DNA from: Verrucomicrobiota bacterium
GTDB lineage: Bacteria > Verrucomicrobiota > Lentisphaeria > Lentisphaerales > Lentisphaeraceae
Assembly (NCBI GenBank): GCA_039798785.1
Contig: JBDKFG010000058.1
Coordinates: forward strand, 1-32,467
Length of the DNA: 32,467 nt
Reading direction: 5' to 3'
Shown: positions 8,021 through 17,405 of the stretch, piece by piece
How the letters are laid out: each line of letters opens with the position of its first letter
How positions within the stretch are numbered: the first letter of the stretch is position 1
Notes under the pieces: generated by a model
Database searches by the model: none
What the model was told of the DNA's origin: nothing
Seen by the model: only the letters and a program-made list of their open reading frames with translations
Translations under genes and position numbers: made by a program

Positions 8021-9331
8021 TCAAGGAGCGGGGAGCTCGAAGGTGCCGGGAATAAGTGGCAGGCCCTGTTTCAGCTGGATGCTAAGTTCGATAAGCTGCG
8101 CCAGTGTGAGCGACGGCGCTGATGCAAAAAGAATCTGCTCCTGGATGTCCGCCGGGATCTGGAGATGATCCTCCTTGACCTGGATCTTCGAGTACATGTC
8201 TCCATACATCCAGTAATCATTGACCAGATAGGAATGAGTGTGTGAGTTCAGGACGATGGAATCGAAGTCGTCGACCCCGGGCGTGGGAGTCGTTTCCTCC
8301 GGCGCTTCGGGCGTGGGAGTCGTTTCCTCCGGCGCTTCGGGCGTGGGAGTCGTTTCCTCCGGCGCTTCGGGCGTGGGCGCATCGGTGATTTGGGAACTTT
8401 CGAGCTTGCTACCAGAGCCTTGAATTTCAGTCTTGGGCGTCTCCCCCCGAAGGGGGGGCTTGATGAGAGAGGAGATGACTTGGCTGATCTTTTCGCTGGT
8501 CTTGTCGTCGAGTGTTGGGGCTTTCTTGACGGCGAGCTGTCGGTTCATCGCCTCGACGATGAGTCGCCCGCTGAGATTGCGGCGATAGTCATGCAGGACG
8601 GTGATTTTGTTGCCGAGCATCTGATGGATCTGGGAGTTGACTTCCTCAAGCTGGGCGGCGGTTTCCTCGATCAATTCATGGCGTTCGTTGTCGTCCCTGG
8701 CGAGGAGGCGTTGATTGCCGAGGAGGATGGAGCGTTGGGAGATCAGTCGTTTGAGCTCCTCTTCGCGACGGGGGTCGAGCTCGAGCTTGGCGTAGAAATT
8801 TTCAAGGTATCGGTCGCGTATGCCGTCGCGGAGGGAATGTGACTGTTCCTGGACCCTGGACTGGCGCGAGACCGGGCTTGCGGTCGGATTCGGGATCTGG
8901 TTTTTTCTCTGACGGCTCTGAGGCTGGGGCTGAGGCGCAGCGCTGGTGCTGGTCTCCTGTTCCTTGGTGTTCAAGGCGAGGGAGTCGCCCGGGGCGGGAG
9001 CAGGACGGAAGAGAATGAGTCCAAGTCCGACGAGGGCGGCGCCGGCGAGGAAGGAGAGGGCGATTTCGAGCTGGCGTCGGCGGCTGAGGAGGATGCCGCG
9101 GCGGAGGATGCGTTCGCGATGGGTTTCGCCGAGGGTGAGAGGTGCCGGCGGGGCCAGGAAGATCTCGAGCTCGAGGGAGAGCTGCCGGTATTCCGCCACT
9201 TCGGCGGCGAGCTCCGGATTCGACTCGATTTCCTTTTCGAAGGCCTGGCGTTCCTGCGGCGTGAGTTCGCCGTGCAGGTAGGAGGCCAGGCGGAGCTGAC
9301 TGGCGGCTTCGGATTCGTGGCCGGGTTTCAT
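8021..9331 (-). CDS. Probable membrane anti-sigma factor with a periplasmic domain and a Pro/Thr/Glu repeat
   Basis: N-terminus LASYLHGELTPQERQAFEKEIESNPELAAEV (Cys-less anti-sigma helix bundle) and a single TM helix. ATGA overlap with the upstream ECF gene. Confidence 0.8.
   Translation of the reverse strand: MKPGHESEAASQLRLASYLHGELTPQERQAFEKEIESNPELAAEVAEYRQLSLELEIFLAPPAPLTLGETHRERILRRGILLSRRRQLEIALSFLAGAALVGLGLILFRPAPAPGDSLALNTKEQETSTSAAPQPQPQSRQRKNQIPNPTASPVSRQSRVQEQSHSLRDGIRDRYLENFYAKLELDPRREEELKRLISQRSILLGNQRLLARDDNERHELIEETAAQLEEVNSQIHQMLGNKITVLHDYRRNLSGRLIVEAMNRQLAVKKAPTLDDKTSEKISQVISSLIKPPLRGETPKTEIQGSGSKLESSQITDAPTPEAPEETTPTPEAPEETTPTPEAPEETTPTPGVDDFDSIVLNSHTHSYLVNDYWMYGDMYSKIQVKEDHLQIPADIQEQILFASAPSLTLAQLIELSIQLKQGLPLIPGTFELPAP
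8278..8377. repeat. 30-bp perfect tandem repeat (about 3.3 copies) encoding TPEAPEETTP
   Basis: gcgtgggagtcgtttcctccggcgcttcgg repeated at 8281, 8311 and 8341. Confidence 0.95.
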
Positions 9332-9873
9332 GACGGCATTCCTTTTGCGGGGCTGCGATGGGCGTCTTGGCGCATTTTCTTGAGGGCGTTGAAGAGGATG
9401 ACTCCGACGTTGGAGACCGACAGGCCGGTGATCCTGCTAATCTCCTGGTAGCTCAGGCCCGAGGCGTATTTGAACTTGATCAGCTCTTGTTCGCGGGGGC
9501 TCAGCTGGGCGATCAGAGAGTGCAGCTGGTCCTCGCGATCTTTGCCGAGCAAGGTTTCGAGAGGCGAGTCGGGGGGGGTGCCGCTCAAATCAGCTGGATG
9601 CATCGCCTGCCAGCGCCGCTTGCGGCGGAAGAGGTCGGTGATCCGGTTGCGGGTGACAGTATAAAGCCAGGCCCGGGTCTGCTGCGGGAAGTTGCCTTCG
9701 CCGCAATGCCAGAGCTGGAGGAAGGCGTCCTGCACCGCGTCGCGGGCGGTGTCGAGGTCGGCTCCCAGGCTGCAGGCGTAACGCAGCAGCTCACTTTCAT
9801 GTGAGTTGACGGCGGCCGTGATCCGCTCCTTCAGTCGCTGCATTTCCGGGGGCATGGGCTCTCTGTGGGTCAC
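9328..9873 (-). CDS. ECF sigma-70 factor
   Basis: LLRYA...ARDAVQDAFLQLW, RAWLYTVTRNRITDLFRR and LSYQEISRITGLSVSNVGV motifs. The exact start is uncertain (9873, 9855 or 9843). Confidence 0.92.
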   Translation of the reverse strand: MTHREPMPPEMQRLKERITAAVNSHESELLRYACSLGADLDTARDAVQDAFLQLWHCGEGNFPQQTRAWLYTVTRNRITDLFRRKRRWQAMHPADLSGTPPDSPLETLLGKDREDQLHSLIAQLSPREQELIKFKYASGLSYQEISRITGLSVSNVGVILFNALKKMRQDAHRSPAKGMPS

Positions 9874-9955
9874 TGTTCTAGCGAACGGTGCGCCGCTTTC
9901 TTAGGAGCTCCGGCGCATTTTCTCGAAAATTTCCGATGTATCTCCACTTCAGTCA

Positions 9956-10020
9956 ACCCAGGGTTTATCCTCGTTCCTCGGACTACACCCTGGGCTATAT
10001 GCCGGCTGCCCCTCTGGGGC
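9956..10020. repeat. REP/REPIN-like palindromic element, half copy (right arm only)
   Basis: ACCCAGGGTTTATCCTCGTTCCTCGGACTACACCCTGGGCTATATGCCGGCTGCCCCTCTGGGGC is highly similar to 29551-29615. Confidence 0.88.
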
Positions 10021-10097
10021 AAAAGTGATGCATACAGTCCGCAGGCAGCTCCATTCTGCATGGTCTTGATCCGGAGTTGCACAGCTCGAAAAATTCC

Positions 10098-10511
10098 TCA
10101 GCTCCATTCCGCCACTCGCCCTTCACCCTCGGGACGCAAGCTCACCGATCTCGCATGCGGCGGCCGCAACCAGCCCAGCCGCTCCGGCCACTCGATCAGG
10201 CAGATGGCGCGACGCTCGTTGAGGTAGTCCTCGATGCCGAAGGCCTGCACCTCCTCCGGACTGTCCAGCCGGTACAGATCCATGTGGCAGAGGCGCCCCC
10301 CCTCGGGCAGCGGATGCTCCAGGACGATGGGGAAGGTCGGGCTGGGCAGCTCCCCCGTCACTCCCAGGGCCCGGGCGATGCCTCGCGCCAGGCAGCTCTT
10401 GCCGGCGCCGAGATCGCCCTCCAGCAAGAGGCAGTCGCCAAGACGCAGCCCAGCTGCCAGGCGGGAGCCTAAGGCCAAAGTGGCGGATTCGTCATGAAGG
10501 AAAAGTCTCAT
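10098..10511 (-). CDS. tsaE: tRNA threonylcarbamoyladenosine biosynthesis ATPase TsaE
   Basis: LEGDLGAGKS Walker A, SPTF, HMDLYRL and LIEWPE motifs. Confidence 0.95.
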   Translation of the reverse strand: MRLFLHDESATLALGSRLAAGLRLGDCLLLEGDLGAGKSCLARGIARALGVTGELPSPTFPIVLEHPLPEGGRLCHMDLYRLDSPEEVQAFGIEDYLNERRAICLIEWPERLGWLRPPHARSVSLRPEGEGRVAEWS

Positions 10512-10520
10512 CGGTGGCTT

Positions 10521-11468
10521 TCAGGGTTTGGCGGATTCAAAGTGGTCATAGCCGAGGCCGTGCAGGGCGATCAGATCGGTTCCCCGTCCGTCGTCGATGC
10601 GGGCCCTGCCGGGGGGCAGGAATCGGCCGATGCGGCTGAGCGGCGTGGCGAAGGGCCAGGTTTTTTCGAGTCCCTCGGCGAGCTCCGGCGGGACGGCGAA
10701 GATCAGCTCGTAATCCTCGCCGTCGCAGAGGGCTTCGCGTTCGCTGGCGGAGCAGCCCTGCCAGGCGCGGCGGGGGATCTTCTCGAGCTCAAGGCGGAGG
10801 TCGAGCTGACCGGAGGCGAGGCAGACCCGGCGGAGATCGCGCAGGAGGCCGTCGGTGACGTCCATGCAGGCCTTGATGCCGAAGCTGGCGAGCCAGGCGC
10901 CTTCCTGCAGGCGCGGCTTGAAATCGAGGTGGTGGCCGCTGGGGAAGGAAAGGCCGAAACTGCCGGTGGCGTAAAGGAGATCCCCCGGCCTTGCCGAAGC
11001 CCGGGTCATGATCCGGCCTTCCTCGACTTCGCCGATGATGGTGAGCGAATGGACCGCGCCGGTTTCGAGGGAAGCGAGGTCGCCGCCGATCAACATCACC
11101 TGGTGCTCGCCGGCATGGGCCAGGAGACCTTGGTGGAAATCCATCAGCCAGTCGCCGCCGAGCTCCGGCCCGGTGGCGGAGGCTAGCAGGGCCCAGCGCG
11201 GCGTGGCGCCCATCGCGGCAATGTCGGAGAGATTGCGGGCGAGCAGCTTGCGTCCGGCACGGGCGGGCTTTTCGCCGGCGAGATAATGCTTGCCCAGGAT
11301 CACCTGGTCGACTCCGGCGACCAGCAGGGTGCCGCTCCCGCCGCGAAAGACCGCGCAGTCGTCGCCCGGTGGCACGACCAGGCTGCGGTCGCGACCAAGC
11401 ATCGGGAAGAGCCGGGAGAGGAAATCCTCTTCCGAACGGAGCGGCCGGGCAGGGGAACGGATGTTCAT
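10521..11468 (-). CDS. thiL: Thiamine-monophosphate kinase ThiL
   Basis: GDDCAV, NLSDIAAMGATP, LIGGD, MDVTDGL, GEDYELIF and GYDHF motifs. Confidence 0.95.
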   Translation of the reverse strand: MNIRSPARPLRSEEDFLSRLFPMLGRDRSLVVPPGDDCAVFRGGSGTLLVAGVDQVILGKHYLAGEKPARAGRKLLARNLSDIAAMGATPRWALLASATGPELGGDWLMDFHQGLLAHAGEHQVMLIGGDLASLETGAVHSLTIIGEVEEGRIMTRASARPGDLLYATGSFGLSFPSGHHLDFKPRLQEGAWLASFGIKACMDVTDGLLRDLRRVCLASGQLDLRLELEKIPRRAWQGCSASEREALCDGEDYELIFAVPPELAEGLEKTWPFATPLSRIGRFLPPGRARIDDGRGTDLIALHGLGYDHFESAKP

Positions 11469-11567
11469 GGTTTCGGGGGTTTCCAGGTGTGAGTAGAAGT
11501 TCAGGCTGAGGTCTTCCTTTCCTAAACTGTGGCCTTACATTGCCCGGCAATCCCCCGGAGCCAAGCC

Positions 11568-12071
11568 ATGCGAATGATCTGCCTGCCGTTTTCCCTCGCC
11601 CTTCTTCTCGGATCCTGCACCACCCAGAGCGAAAAACCCGGCGACAAACTGCCGCTCTGCGTCCCCGGCCATAAATCGCTGATCAATGCCGCCGAGCTCG
11701 GCAAGGCCCCCTGCCGCCGCGAAGCCCAGGGAGTCTTCATCTACTCCCTCAACGGCGGCGAATACCGCCTCAACCTGAACGGCAAGGACGCCAGCATCAC
11801 CTGGGGCGGCGAAGGCCATTACTTCCGCGAATGGGCGCATTACCGCCCCGAAGGCCTCCCCGACGCCGGCATCTTCGCCCTCGTCCGCCAGGGTATGGAC
11901 GGCTATGAGATCCAGGCCCTCCTCGGCCCGCCAATCGAAAAGGACAATGTCTGGCGCCTTGCCGACGGCAGCCGACTCAAACTCGATTGGCCCGGACTCC
12001 GCGAATTCACCCTCATCTCCGCCGACGGCCTCTCGCTCCGGATGAAGCAGCTGCCAATCCTGACGGAATAG
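11568..12071 (+). CDS. Putative lipoprotein with a SmpA/OmlA(BamE)-like motif
   Basis: Lipobox LLLGSC after MRMICLPFSLA, and a VRQGMDGYEIQALLGPP motif. Confidence 0.7.
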   Translation: MRMICLPFSLALLLGSCTTQSEKPGDKLPLCVPGHKSLINAAELGKAPCRREAQGVFIYSLNGGEYRLNLNGKDASITWGGEGHYFREWAHYRPEGLPDAGIFALVRQGMDGYEIQALLGPPIEKDNVWRLADGSRLKLDWPGLREFTLISADGLSLRMKQLPILTE

Positions 12072-12191
12072 GTCATAAGGCCCCCGCGAGGCGCCAGAAA
12101 TCGCCTCGCTCTGAGAATTGTTTGGGAACCAGCCACTCGGGATTGGTTCAGAATTTCCCTGCATATCCCATCCCTCAACCCAGGAGCTTCC

Positions 12192-15100
12192 ATGCGCATC
12201 TTCGCCGCCTCGGTCCTTCTCGCCGCCCTCTCCGCCTCCGCCGACCCGCGCGTCGACGGCCTCGAAGTCAAGCCAGTCACCAAACCCGGCACCACCAAGG
12301 CGGTCGGAGCCCTCTGCGTCGACTCCAAGGGCCGCATCATCACCAACGAAGTCAACCGCTTCGGCAACGCCGTCACCGACGACCGCCAGCACTACCACTG
12401 GCTCCCCGAAGACGTGATGAACGACAGCGTCGAAGAACGCCTCAAAATGTATGAAAAGCACGAGAAGCACTTCCCCCGCAAGATCTGGACGGAAAAGGCC
12501 GACACCGTCCGCGCTCTCGCCGACAAGGACGGCGACGGCTTCTTCGAGGACGCCGGCGTCCTCGGCGACTTCAATGAACCGCTCGACGGCCCCGGCATCG
12601 GCATCCTCGAGCGCGACGGCTACTACTACTACACCTGCACCCCGCACGTCTGGAAGATCGCCGACACCAACTTCGACGGCAAGCCCGAAGGCCGTGAATC
12701 GCTCAGCCACGGCTGGGGCATCGCCGTCGGCTTCTCCGGCCACGACATGCACGCGCCGATCTGGGGACCCGACGGCAAGATCTACTTCTCCATCGGCGAC
12801 CGCGGCTACAACGTGATGACCAAAGAAGGCAAGCGCCTCTTCAACCGCTCGCGCGGCGCGGTGCTGCGGATCAACCCCGACGGCTCCGGACTCGAAGAGG
12901 TCTGCAACGGTTTGCGCAATCCGCAGGAGATCGCCTTCAACGACACCTTCGACCTGGTCACCGGCGACAACAACGGCGACATGGGCGACAAGGCCCGCGC
13001 CTACTACATCGTCGAAGGCGGCGACTACGGCTGGGTGCAAGGCTGGCAGTCGCTCACCTCCTTCGGCAAACACATCTTCGGCGACGAGCGCACCCCACCC
13101 GCCTGGATGGCCGAGAAGCTCTTCTTCCCGCCCCACGCCGAGCAGCCCTGGTGGGTCGTCCCCTCCTCCGGCTTCGTCACCAGCGGCCCCTCCGGCCTGG
13201 TCTACCTCAGCACCGACGCCCTCGGCGCCGACACCCAGGGCAGCTTCCTTGTCTGCGACTTCGTCGGCGGCTCCGGCGGCTCCGGCGTCCGCCGCTTCAA
13301 AATGATCCAGAAAGGCGCCGGCTACGAGATGAAAGGCGGCGAGATGTGGCTCAAGGGCTGCAACAGCCCCGACATCACCCTCGACCACGCCGACAACCTC
13401 CTCGTCGGCGACTACGGCGAAGGCTGGAACGCCAGCCCCCATGGCGGCGTCTGGAAAGTCGTGGCCAAGAATCCCCAGACCCGCAGCGTCGAACTCTTCA
13501 AGAAGGGCTTCCGCAACCTCAGCCTGGCTGAGCTCAGCACCGAGCTCTCCAGCGTCGACATCAAGATCCGCGTCGAAGCCCAGGCCGAACTGGTCCGCCG
13601 CGGTGCCAAGGCCGAGCTCCTCAAGGTCGCCCAGGGCGCCGGCAGCGAAGGCCCCGCCCTCTTCGGCCGCCTCCATGGCCTGCGCGGCCTCGGCCAGCTC
13701 GACGCCGTCAGCGAACTTCGCAACTTCGTCAAGGATGCCCACGCCGAAATCCGCACCCAGGCGCTGCGCGCACTCGCCGATGCGAAGTCATCGGTGACTG
13801 GTGACTTCGTTCCCTCGCTTGAGGACGCGGAGATCCGGGTGAGACAGGCGGCGGCGCTGGGTTGCGCGAGGAAACCGGGGAAGGAAGCGTTTATGGCTTT
13901 GATGAAAAGGGTTTCGAGTAGCGACAATCAAGATCCCTGGATGCGGGCCTCCTTGGCTCATGCAGTCGCCAAGCATCCCAAATTCGCAGATTTTATTTCT
14001 CATTATTTGGGAGTCAATTATAGCAAGCACGGCGGAAAAATGACTGCCGTAGGGAGTGCACATGTTGATGATTTTGAATTACGTCCAGAACAAGTCAATA
14101 CCCTGAATCAGAGTTTTGAGACGCCCTCCAGTCGCCGGCATTTTGTTGTTGCGCTCCGGAAAGCTCGATCCCCCTATTTGGGTAAATTTCTCGCCGACAA
14201 CGATCCATCTGTCGTCGCCGAAGCCGTTGCCGCGATCAGCTTTGAGAACGTCGAGCATCCTTTACTTGCCCTCGCCGAATTCTCGGCCACTCCCGCCTGC
14301 TGGAAGCTCTCTGAGCTGAACCAGGCCCGTGCCCTCAACGCCAACCTGCGCCTCAACAACAAGGCCGGTGCCGGCCGTCTCCTCGACGTCCTGGCCAACA
14401 AAGAAGCGCCGCAAGCCACCCGCCGTCTCGCCGGTTACCTGCTGCGCGGCTTCCTCAAGCCCTGGCAGATGGACCCCGTCGAAGGCAAGAAGCTCGACTG
14501 GGACAGCGGCAAGGCGCCGGTCGCCGAAGACGCCAAGGAGCTGATCGCCTCGCGTCTGCCCGCCATCCTCGCCAGCGCCGACGGCGAAGCCCTCACCGCC
14601 GCATTGAAGCTCGGCGAGATCGGCGGCATCAAGGCCGATGACGCCACCCTGCGCGTCATCGCCCTCAACCCCAAGGCCCCCGAGGCCGCCCGCGCCGAAG
14701 CCCTGCACGCCCTCGGCGCCAAGGTTTCGCTGGAGGACCTCACCACCCTGTCGAAGGACGGCAGCTCCGCCATCCGCGTCGCCGCGATGAAGACCCTGGT
14801 TGGCGTCCAGCCCGCCGCCGCACTCCCCGCGCTTCTCGCCGGACGCAGCGCCCAAGGGCTCGACGAACGCCAGACCGCCTGGCAGGGCCTCGGCTCGCTC
14901 AGCGCCCCCGAAGCGGTCGCCGCCCTCAAGGAAGGTCTGGCCCAGGTCGATGCCGGCAAGAACGAGCAGGTCGCCCTCGACATCTATCTCGCCGCCAAGA
15001 AGCAGGCCGCCCTGGCGACCGAGGTGAAATCCCTCGAGACCAAGCTCGAAGCCGGTCCCGCCGGAGTCTGGATCCTCGCGGCGAAAGGCGGCAACGCCGA

Positions 15101-15557
15101 GCGCGGCGAGAAGGTCTTCTTCAACCCGCCCTCCGCCTGCGAATGCCTGAAGTGCCACAAGGTCGGCAACAAGGGCGCCAGCGACGCCGGCCCCAACCTC
15201 AAGGGCTTCCTCAATCACCTCGGCGCCGATGTCTCCAAGGCCGATTACTCCCTGCGCGGCACCGTCGCCACCACCGCCGACCTTGCACCGAACTTCGGCT
15301 TCGTCATGCTCACTCTCAAGGACGGCAGCAACGTCACCGGCGTCTTCCTCGCGGAGGACGCAAAAGGCCTGAAGCTGAAGGTGGGGGCAGAGGACAAGAC
15401 CTTCGCTCCCGCCGACATCAAGGCCCGCCAGAGCATCTCGCCCATGCCCTCGCTCAAGCCCCTGCTCGACAGCGGCACGATGAAGCCCGAGGACCTGCGC
15501 GACCTGACCCAGTACCTGATCAAGATCGGCAGCGACAAGGGCAAGCAGGGGCACTGA
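12192..15557 (+). CDS. PVC-type heme-binding CxxCH protein (glucose/sorbosone dehydrogenase-like beta-propeller, HEAT repeats and cytochrome c)
   Basis: CAGGAG RBS and signal peptide; WGPDGKIYFSIGDRG, GLRNPQEIAF and GGDYGW motifs; HEAT-like repeats; GNAERGEKVFF..CLKCH..GPNL and SPMP motifs. Confidence 0.92.
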   Translation: MRIFAASVLLAALSASADPRVDGLEVKPVTKPGTTKAVGALCVDSKGRIITNEVNRFGNAVTDDRQHYHWLPEDVMNDSVEERLKMYEKHEKHFPRKIWTEKADTVRALADKDGDGFFEDAGVLGDFNEPLDGPGIGILERDGYYYYTCTPHVWKIADTNFDGKPEGRESLSHGWGIAVGFSGHDMHAPIWGPDGKIYFSIGDRGYNVMTKEGKRLFNRSRGAVLRINPDGSGLEEVCNGLRNPQEIAFNDTFDLVTGDNNGDMGDKARAYYIVEGGDYGWVQGWQSLTSFGKHIFGDERTPPAWMAEKLFFPPHAEQPWWVVPSSGFVTSGPSGLVYLSTDALGADTQGSFLVCDFVGGSGGSGVRRFKMIQKGAGYEMKGGEMWLKGCNSPDITLDHADNLLVGDYGEGWNASPHGGVWKVVAKNPQTRSVELFKKGFRNLSLAELSTELSSVDIKIRVEAQAELVRRGAKAELLKVAQGAGSEGPALFGRLHGLRGLGQLDAVSELRNFVKDAHAEIRTQALRALADAKSSVTGDFVPSLEDAEIRVRQAAALGCARKPGKEAFMALMKRVSSSDNQDPWMRASLAHAVAKHPKFADFISHYLGVNYSKHGGKMTAVGSAHVDDFELRPEQVNTLNQSFETPSSRRHFVVALRKARSPYLGKFLADNDPSVVAEAVAAISFENVEHPLLALAEFSATPACWKLSELNQARALNANLRLNNKAGAGRLLDVLANKEAPQATRRLAGYLLRGFLKPWQMDPVEGKKLDWDSGKAPVAEDAKELIASRLPAILASADGEALTAALKLGEIGGIKADDATLRVIALNPKAPEAARAEALHALGAKVSLEDLTTLSKDGSSAIRVAAMKTLVGVQPAAALPALLAGRSAQGLDERQTAWQGLGSLSAPEAVAALKEGLAQVDAGKNEQVALDIYLAAKKQAALATEVKSLETKLEAGPAGVWILAAKGGNAERGEKVFFNPPSACECLKCHKVGNKGASDAGPNLKGFLNHLGADVSKADYSLRGTVATTADLAPNFGFVMLTLKDGSNVTGVFLAEDAKGLKLKVGAEDKTFAPADIKARQSISPMPSLKPLLDSGTMKPEDLRDLTQYLIKIGSDKGKQGH

Positions 15558-15577
15558 GCAATTACGAATTACGAATG

Positions 15578-15602
15578 GCGCCGCTCCCGATGGGAGCGGC
15601 GC
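15578..15602. terminator. Hairpin between convergent genes, probable terminator
   Basis: 11-bp perfect stem GCGCCGCTCCC/GGGAGCGGCGC followed by TGTTGTTCTT. Confidence 0.7.
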
Positions 15603-15660
15603 TGTTGTTCTTCAATGTGGCTCGATCGCCCCGATCGAGGGCGCTTGATTGATTTCCGCT

Positions 15661-17091
15661 TCACTCGGCGCTTTTCTCGGCGGCTTCCTGGCGGCGGGCG
15701 ATAAGGGCGAAGGCGAGGACCGGCAGCATGCAGGCGCAGGGGAGCCAGTAGCCGGGCTGGAACTGGCCGCCGCAGGCGTCGGCGACGCTGCCCATGGCGA
15801 GGGGGAGGAAGGCGCCGCCGACGATCGACATCACCAGGAGTGAGGAGGCGGTCTTGGTGTGTTCACCGAGGCCGCGGATGGCGAGGGAGAAGATGGTCGG
15901 GTACATGATCGACATGAAGAACTTGACCCCCATGACCAGGTAGGGCGCGGGGTGGCTGGTGAAGACCAGTTGTTCGCCGAGGTGGAGCCAGCTCGGGATG
16001 GCGACGGCGGTCTGGCTTGCGGCGGCCTGGGCGGGGACGAGGGCGCAGGCGGCGAGCAGGCTGCCGCAGGCGAGGGCGTATGCACCGAGGATGGCGGCGG
16101 GGGAAAGCTTCGCCATCAGGCTGGTGCCGGCGACCCGGCCGAGGAAGAAGCAGCCGAGGATCAGGCCGAGATAGGTGGTGGCGTCGTAGAGCGACAGGCC
16201 GGTCATCTGGCGGGTGTAGCTGAGGAAGGTGGCGTCGACCCCGACCTGGGCGCCGACGTAGAAGAATTGCGCCACGATGCCCCAGATCAGCAGCGGGTGA
16301 GCGAGAATCTTGAAGGGGCCGGCGGCGGGGTCTGCCGGGATTTTGATTTCCGGCAGCTTGATCAGGCAGAAGACACCGGCGAGGAGGATCATGGCGCAGG
16401 CGATGCAGAGGTAGGGAGGGATGACCATCAAGGCCTGGTCGAGCAGGTGCTGATGATGAGCGGCGGGGGCGAGGGCCTTGAGCTGGGCGAGGAGGAAGTC
16501 GACCTGTTCGTGCGCCGGCAGGGCGGCGACTTTGGCGACGACTTCCGCCTTTTTGTCGGCGGGGAGCAGGGCGATCAGGGAGGCTTCGTTTTCGGGCTTG
16601 ATGATGATCTTGGCGATCCACAAGGAGGAGATCACGGCGGCGAGGCCGTAGAAGCTCTGGGCGACATTGAGGCGGAAGGCGGCGCGGGCGGGATTTCCGA
16701 GGACGGAGATGTAGGGGTTGGCGGCGGTTTCGAGGAAGACCAGGCCGGAGGCGCTGATGAAGAAGGCGAGGAGGAAGTGGCTGAAGGCTGCGGCGTGGGC
16801 CGCCGGGATGAAGAGGAGGAAGCCGCAGGCCGCCACCAGCAACCCGGCGATGATACCGGCGCGGTAGCCGAAGCGCCGCATGATCAAGGCCGCCGGGAAG
16901 GCCATCAGGAAATAGGCCATCCACTGCGCCACGTCGACATACATCGACTGGGTGTTGCTCAGCTCGCAGGCCGCCTTGAGCTTGGGAATGAGCACCGGCA
17001 GGAGATTGTGGGTCAGGCCGGAACAACAGAAGAGTGTGGTCACCAGAGCCAATGGCAGGAAGTGCTTGGAGGAGGATTCAGGGGTCGACAT
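15661..17091 (-). CDS. fucP: MFS sugar:H+ symporter, FucP/GluP family
   Basis: AYFLMAFPA, GYRAGIIAGL, FLETAANPY, RLNVAQSF, AQFFYVGAQV, FMSIMYPTIF and LVMSIVGGA motifs. The substrate cannot be determined from sequence. Confidence 0.85.
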   Translation of the reverse strand: MSTPESSSKHFLPLALVTTLFCCSGLTHNLLPVLIPKLKAACELSNTQSMYVDVAQWMAYFLMAFPAALIMRRFGYRAGIIAGLLVAACGFLLFIPAAHAAAFSHFLLAFFISASGLVFLETAANPYISVLGNPARAAFRLNVAQSFYGLAAVISSLWIAKIIIKPENEASLIALLPADKKAEVVAKVAALPAHEQVDFLLAQLKALAPAAHHQHLLDQALMVIPPYLCIACAMILLAGVFCLIKLPEIKIPADPAAGPFKILAHPLLIWGIVAQFFYVGAQVGVDATFLSYTRQMTGLSLYDATTYLGLILGCFFLGRVAGTSLMAKLSPAAILGAYALACGSLLAACALVPAQAAASQTAVAIPSWLHLGEQLVFTSHPAPYLVMGVKFFMSIMYPTIFSLAIRGLGEHTKTASSLLVMSIVGGAFLPLAMGSVADACGGQFQPGYWLPCACMLPVLAFALIARRQEAAEKSAE

Positions 17092-17128
17092 GATTAGCCT
17101 TGGGTGATGAGGATTTGATTTGCTTGTA

Positions 17129-17368
17129 GCCCCGAAGGAGCGGTATGATCTCAGCCCGGGGTGGAGCCGAGGAACGAGGCGCAGCCCCGGGTCAGTGAGA
17201 AATTGAATTCGAGCTCCGAAGGGGCGGCATGAAGACGCAGAACTTGTTTAATTCGGGGCGAGTTTTCAAGCCGCCCTTTCAGGGCTCGGATCTGCTCGTT
17301 CGTAAACCTGGGGTTGCGCCTCGTCCCTCGGCTCCACCCCAGGCTAAGGTCAGGCAGCCCCGTTGGGC
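17129..17368. repeat. REP/REPIN-like palindromic element, full copy (about 240 bp)
   Basis: The left arm GCCCCGAAGGAGC...AGCCCGGGGTGGAGCCGAGGAACGAGGCGCAGCCCCGGG...GAGCTCCGAAGGGGCGGC is mirrored by the right arm GCCGCCCTTTCAGGGCTC...CCTGGGGTTGCGCCTCGTCCCTCGGCTCCACCCCAGGCT...GCCCCGTTGGGC. Confidence 0.88.
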
Positions 17369-17405
17369 AAGAGTCGGGCAGCGGCAGGGAAACCTTGTTC
17401 TCCGC

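Noticed and set aside
11469..11567. TPP riboswitch upstream of thiL
   Set aside because: No CUGAGA-containing TPP aptamer consensus is seen on the minus strand of this short spacer.
11535..13742. 735-aa minus-strand ORF, and similar long antisense ORFs (4874..5839, 14262..15554, 15859..17097, 21797..23761)
   Set aside because: These are shadow ORFs opposite well-supported genes, expected from high-GC codon bias, and they have no recognisable motifs.
13785..14280. Diversity-generating retroelement variable region
   Set aside because: There is no reverse transcriptase and no template/variable repeat pair in the window, and the location is mid-gene. It is kept only as an unexplained compositional patch.
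17129..17368. Palindromes as integron attC sites, tRNAs or riboswitches
   Set aside because: There are no RYYYAAC/GTTRRRY core sites, no integrase, no cloverleaf, and no aptamer consensus that I recognise.
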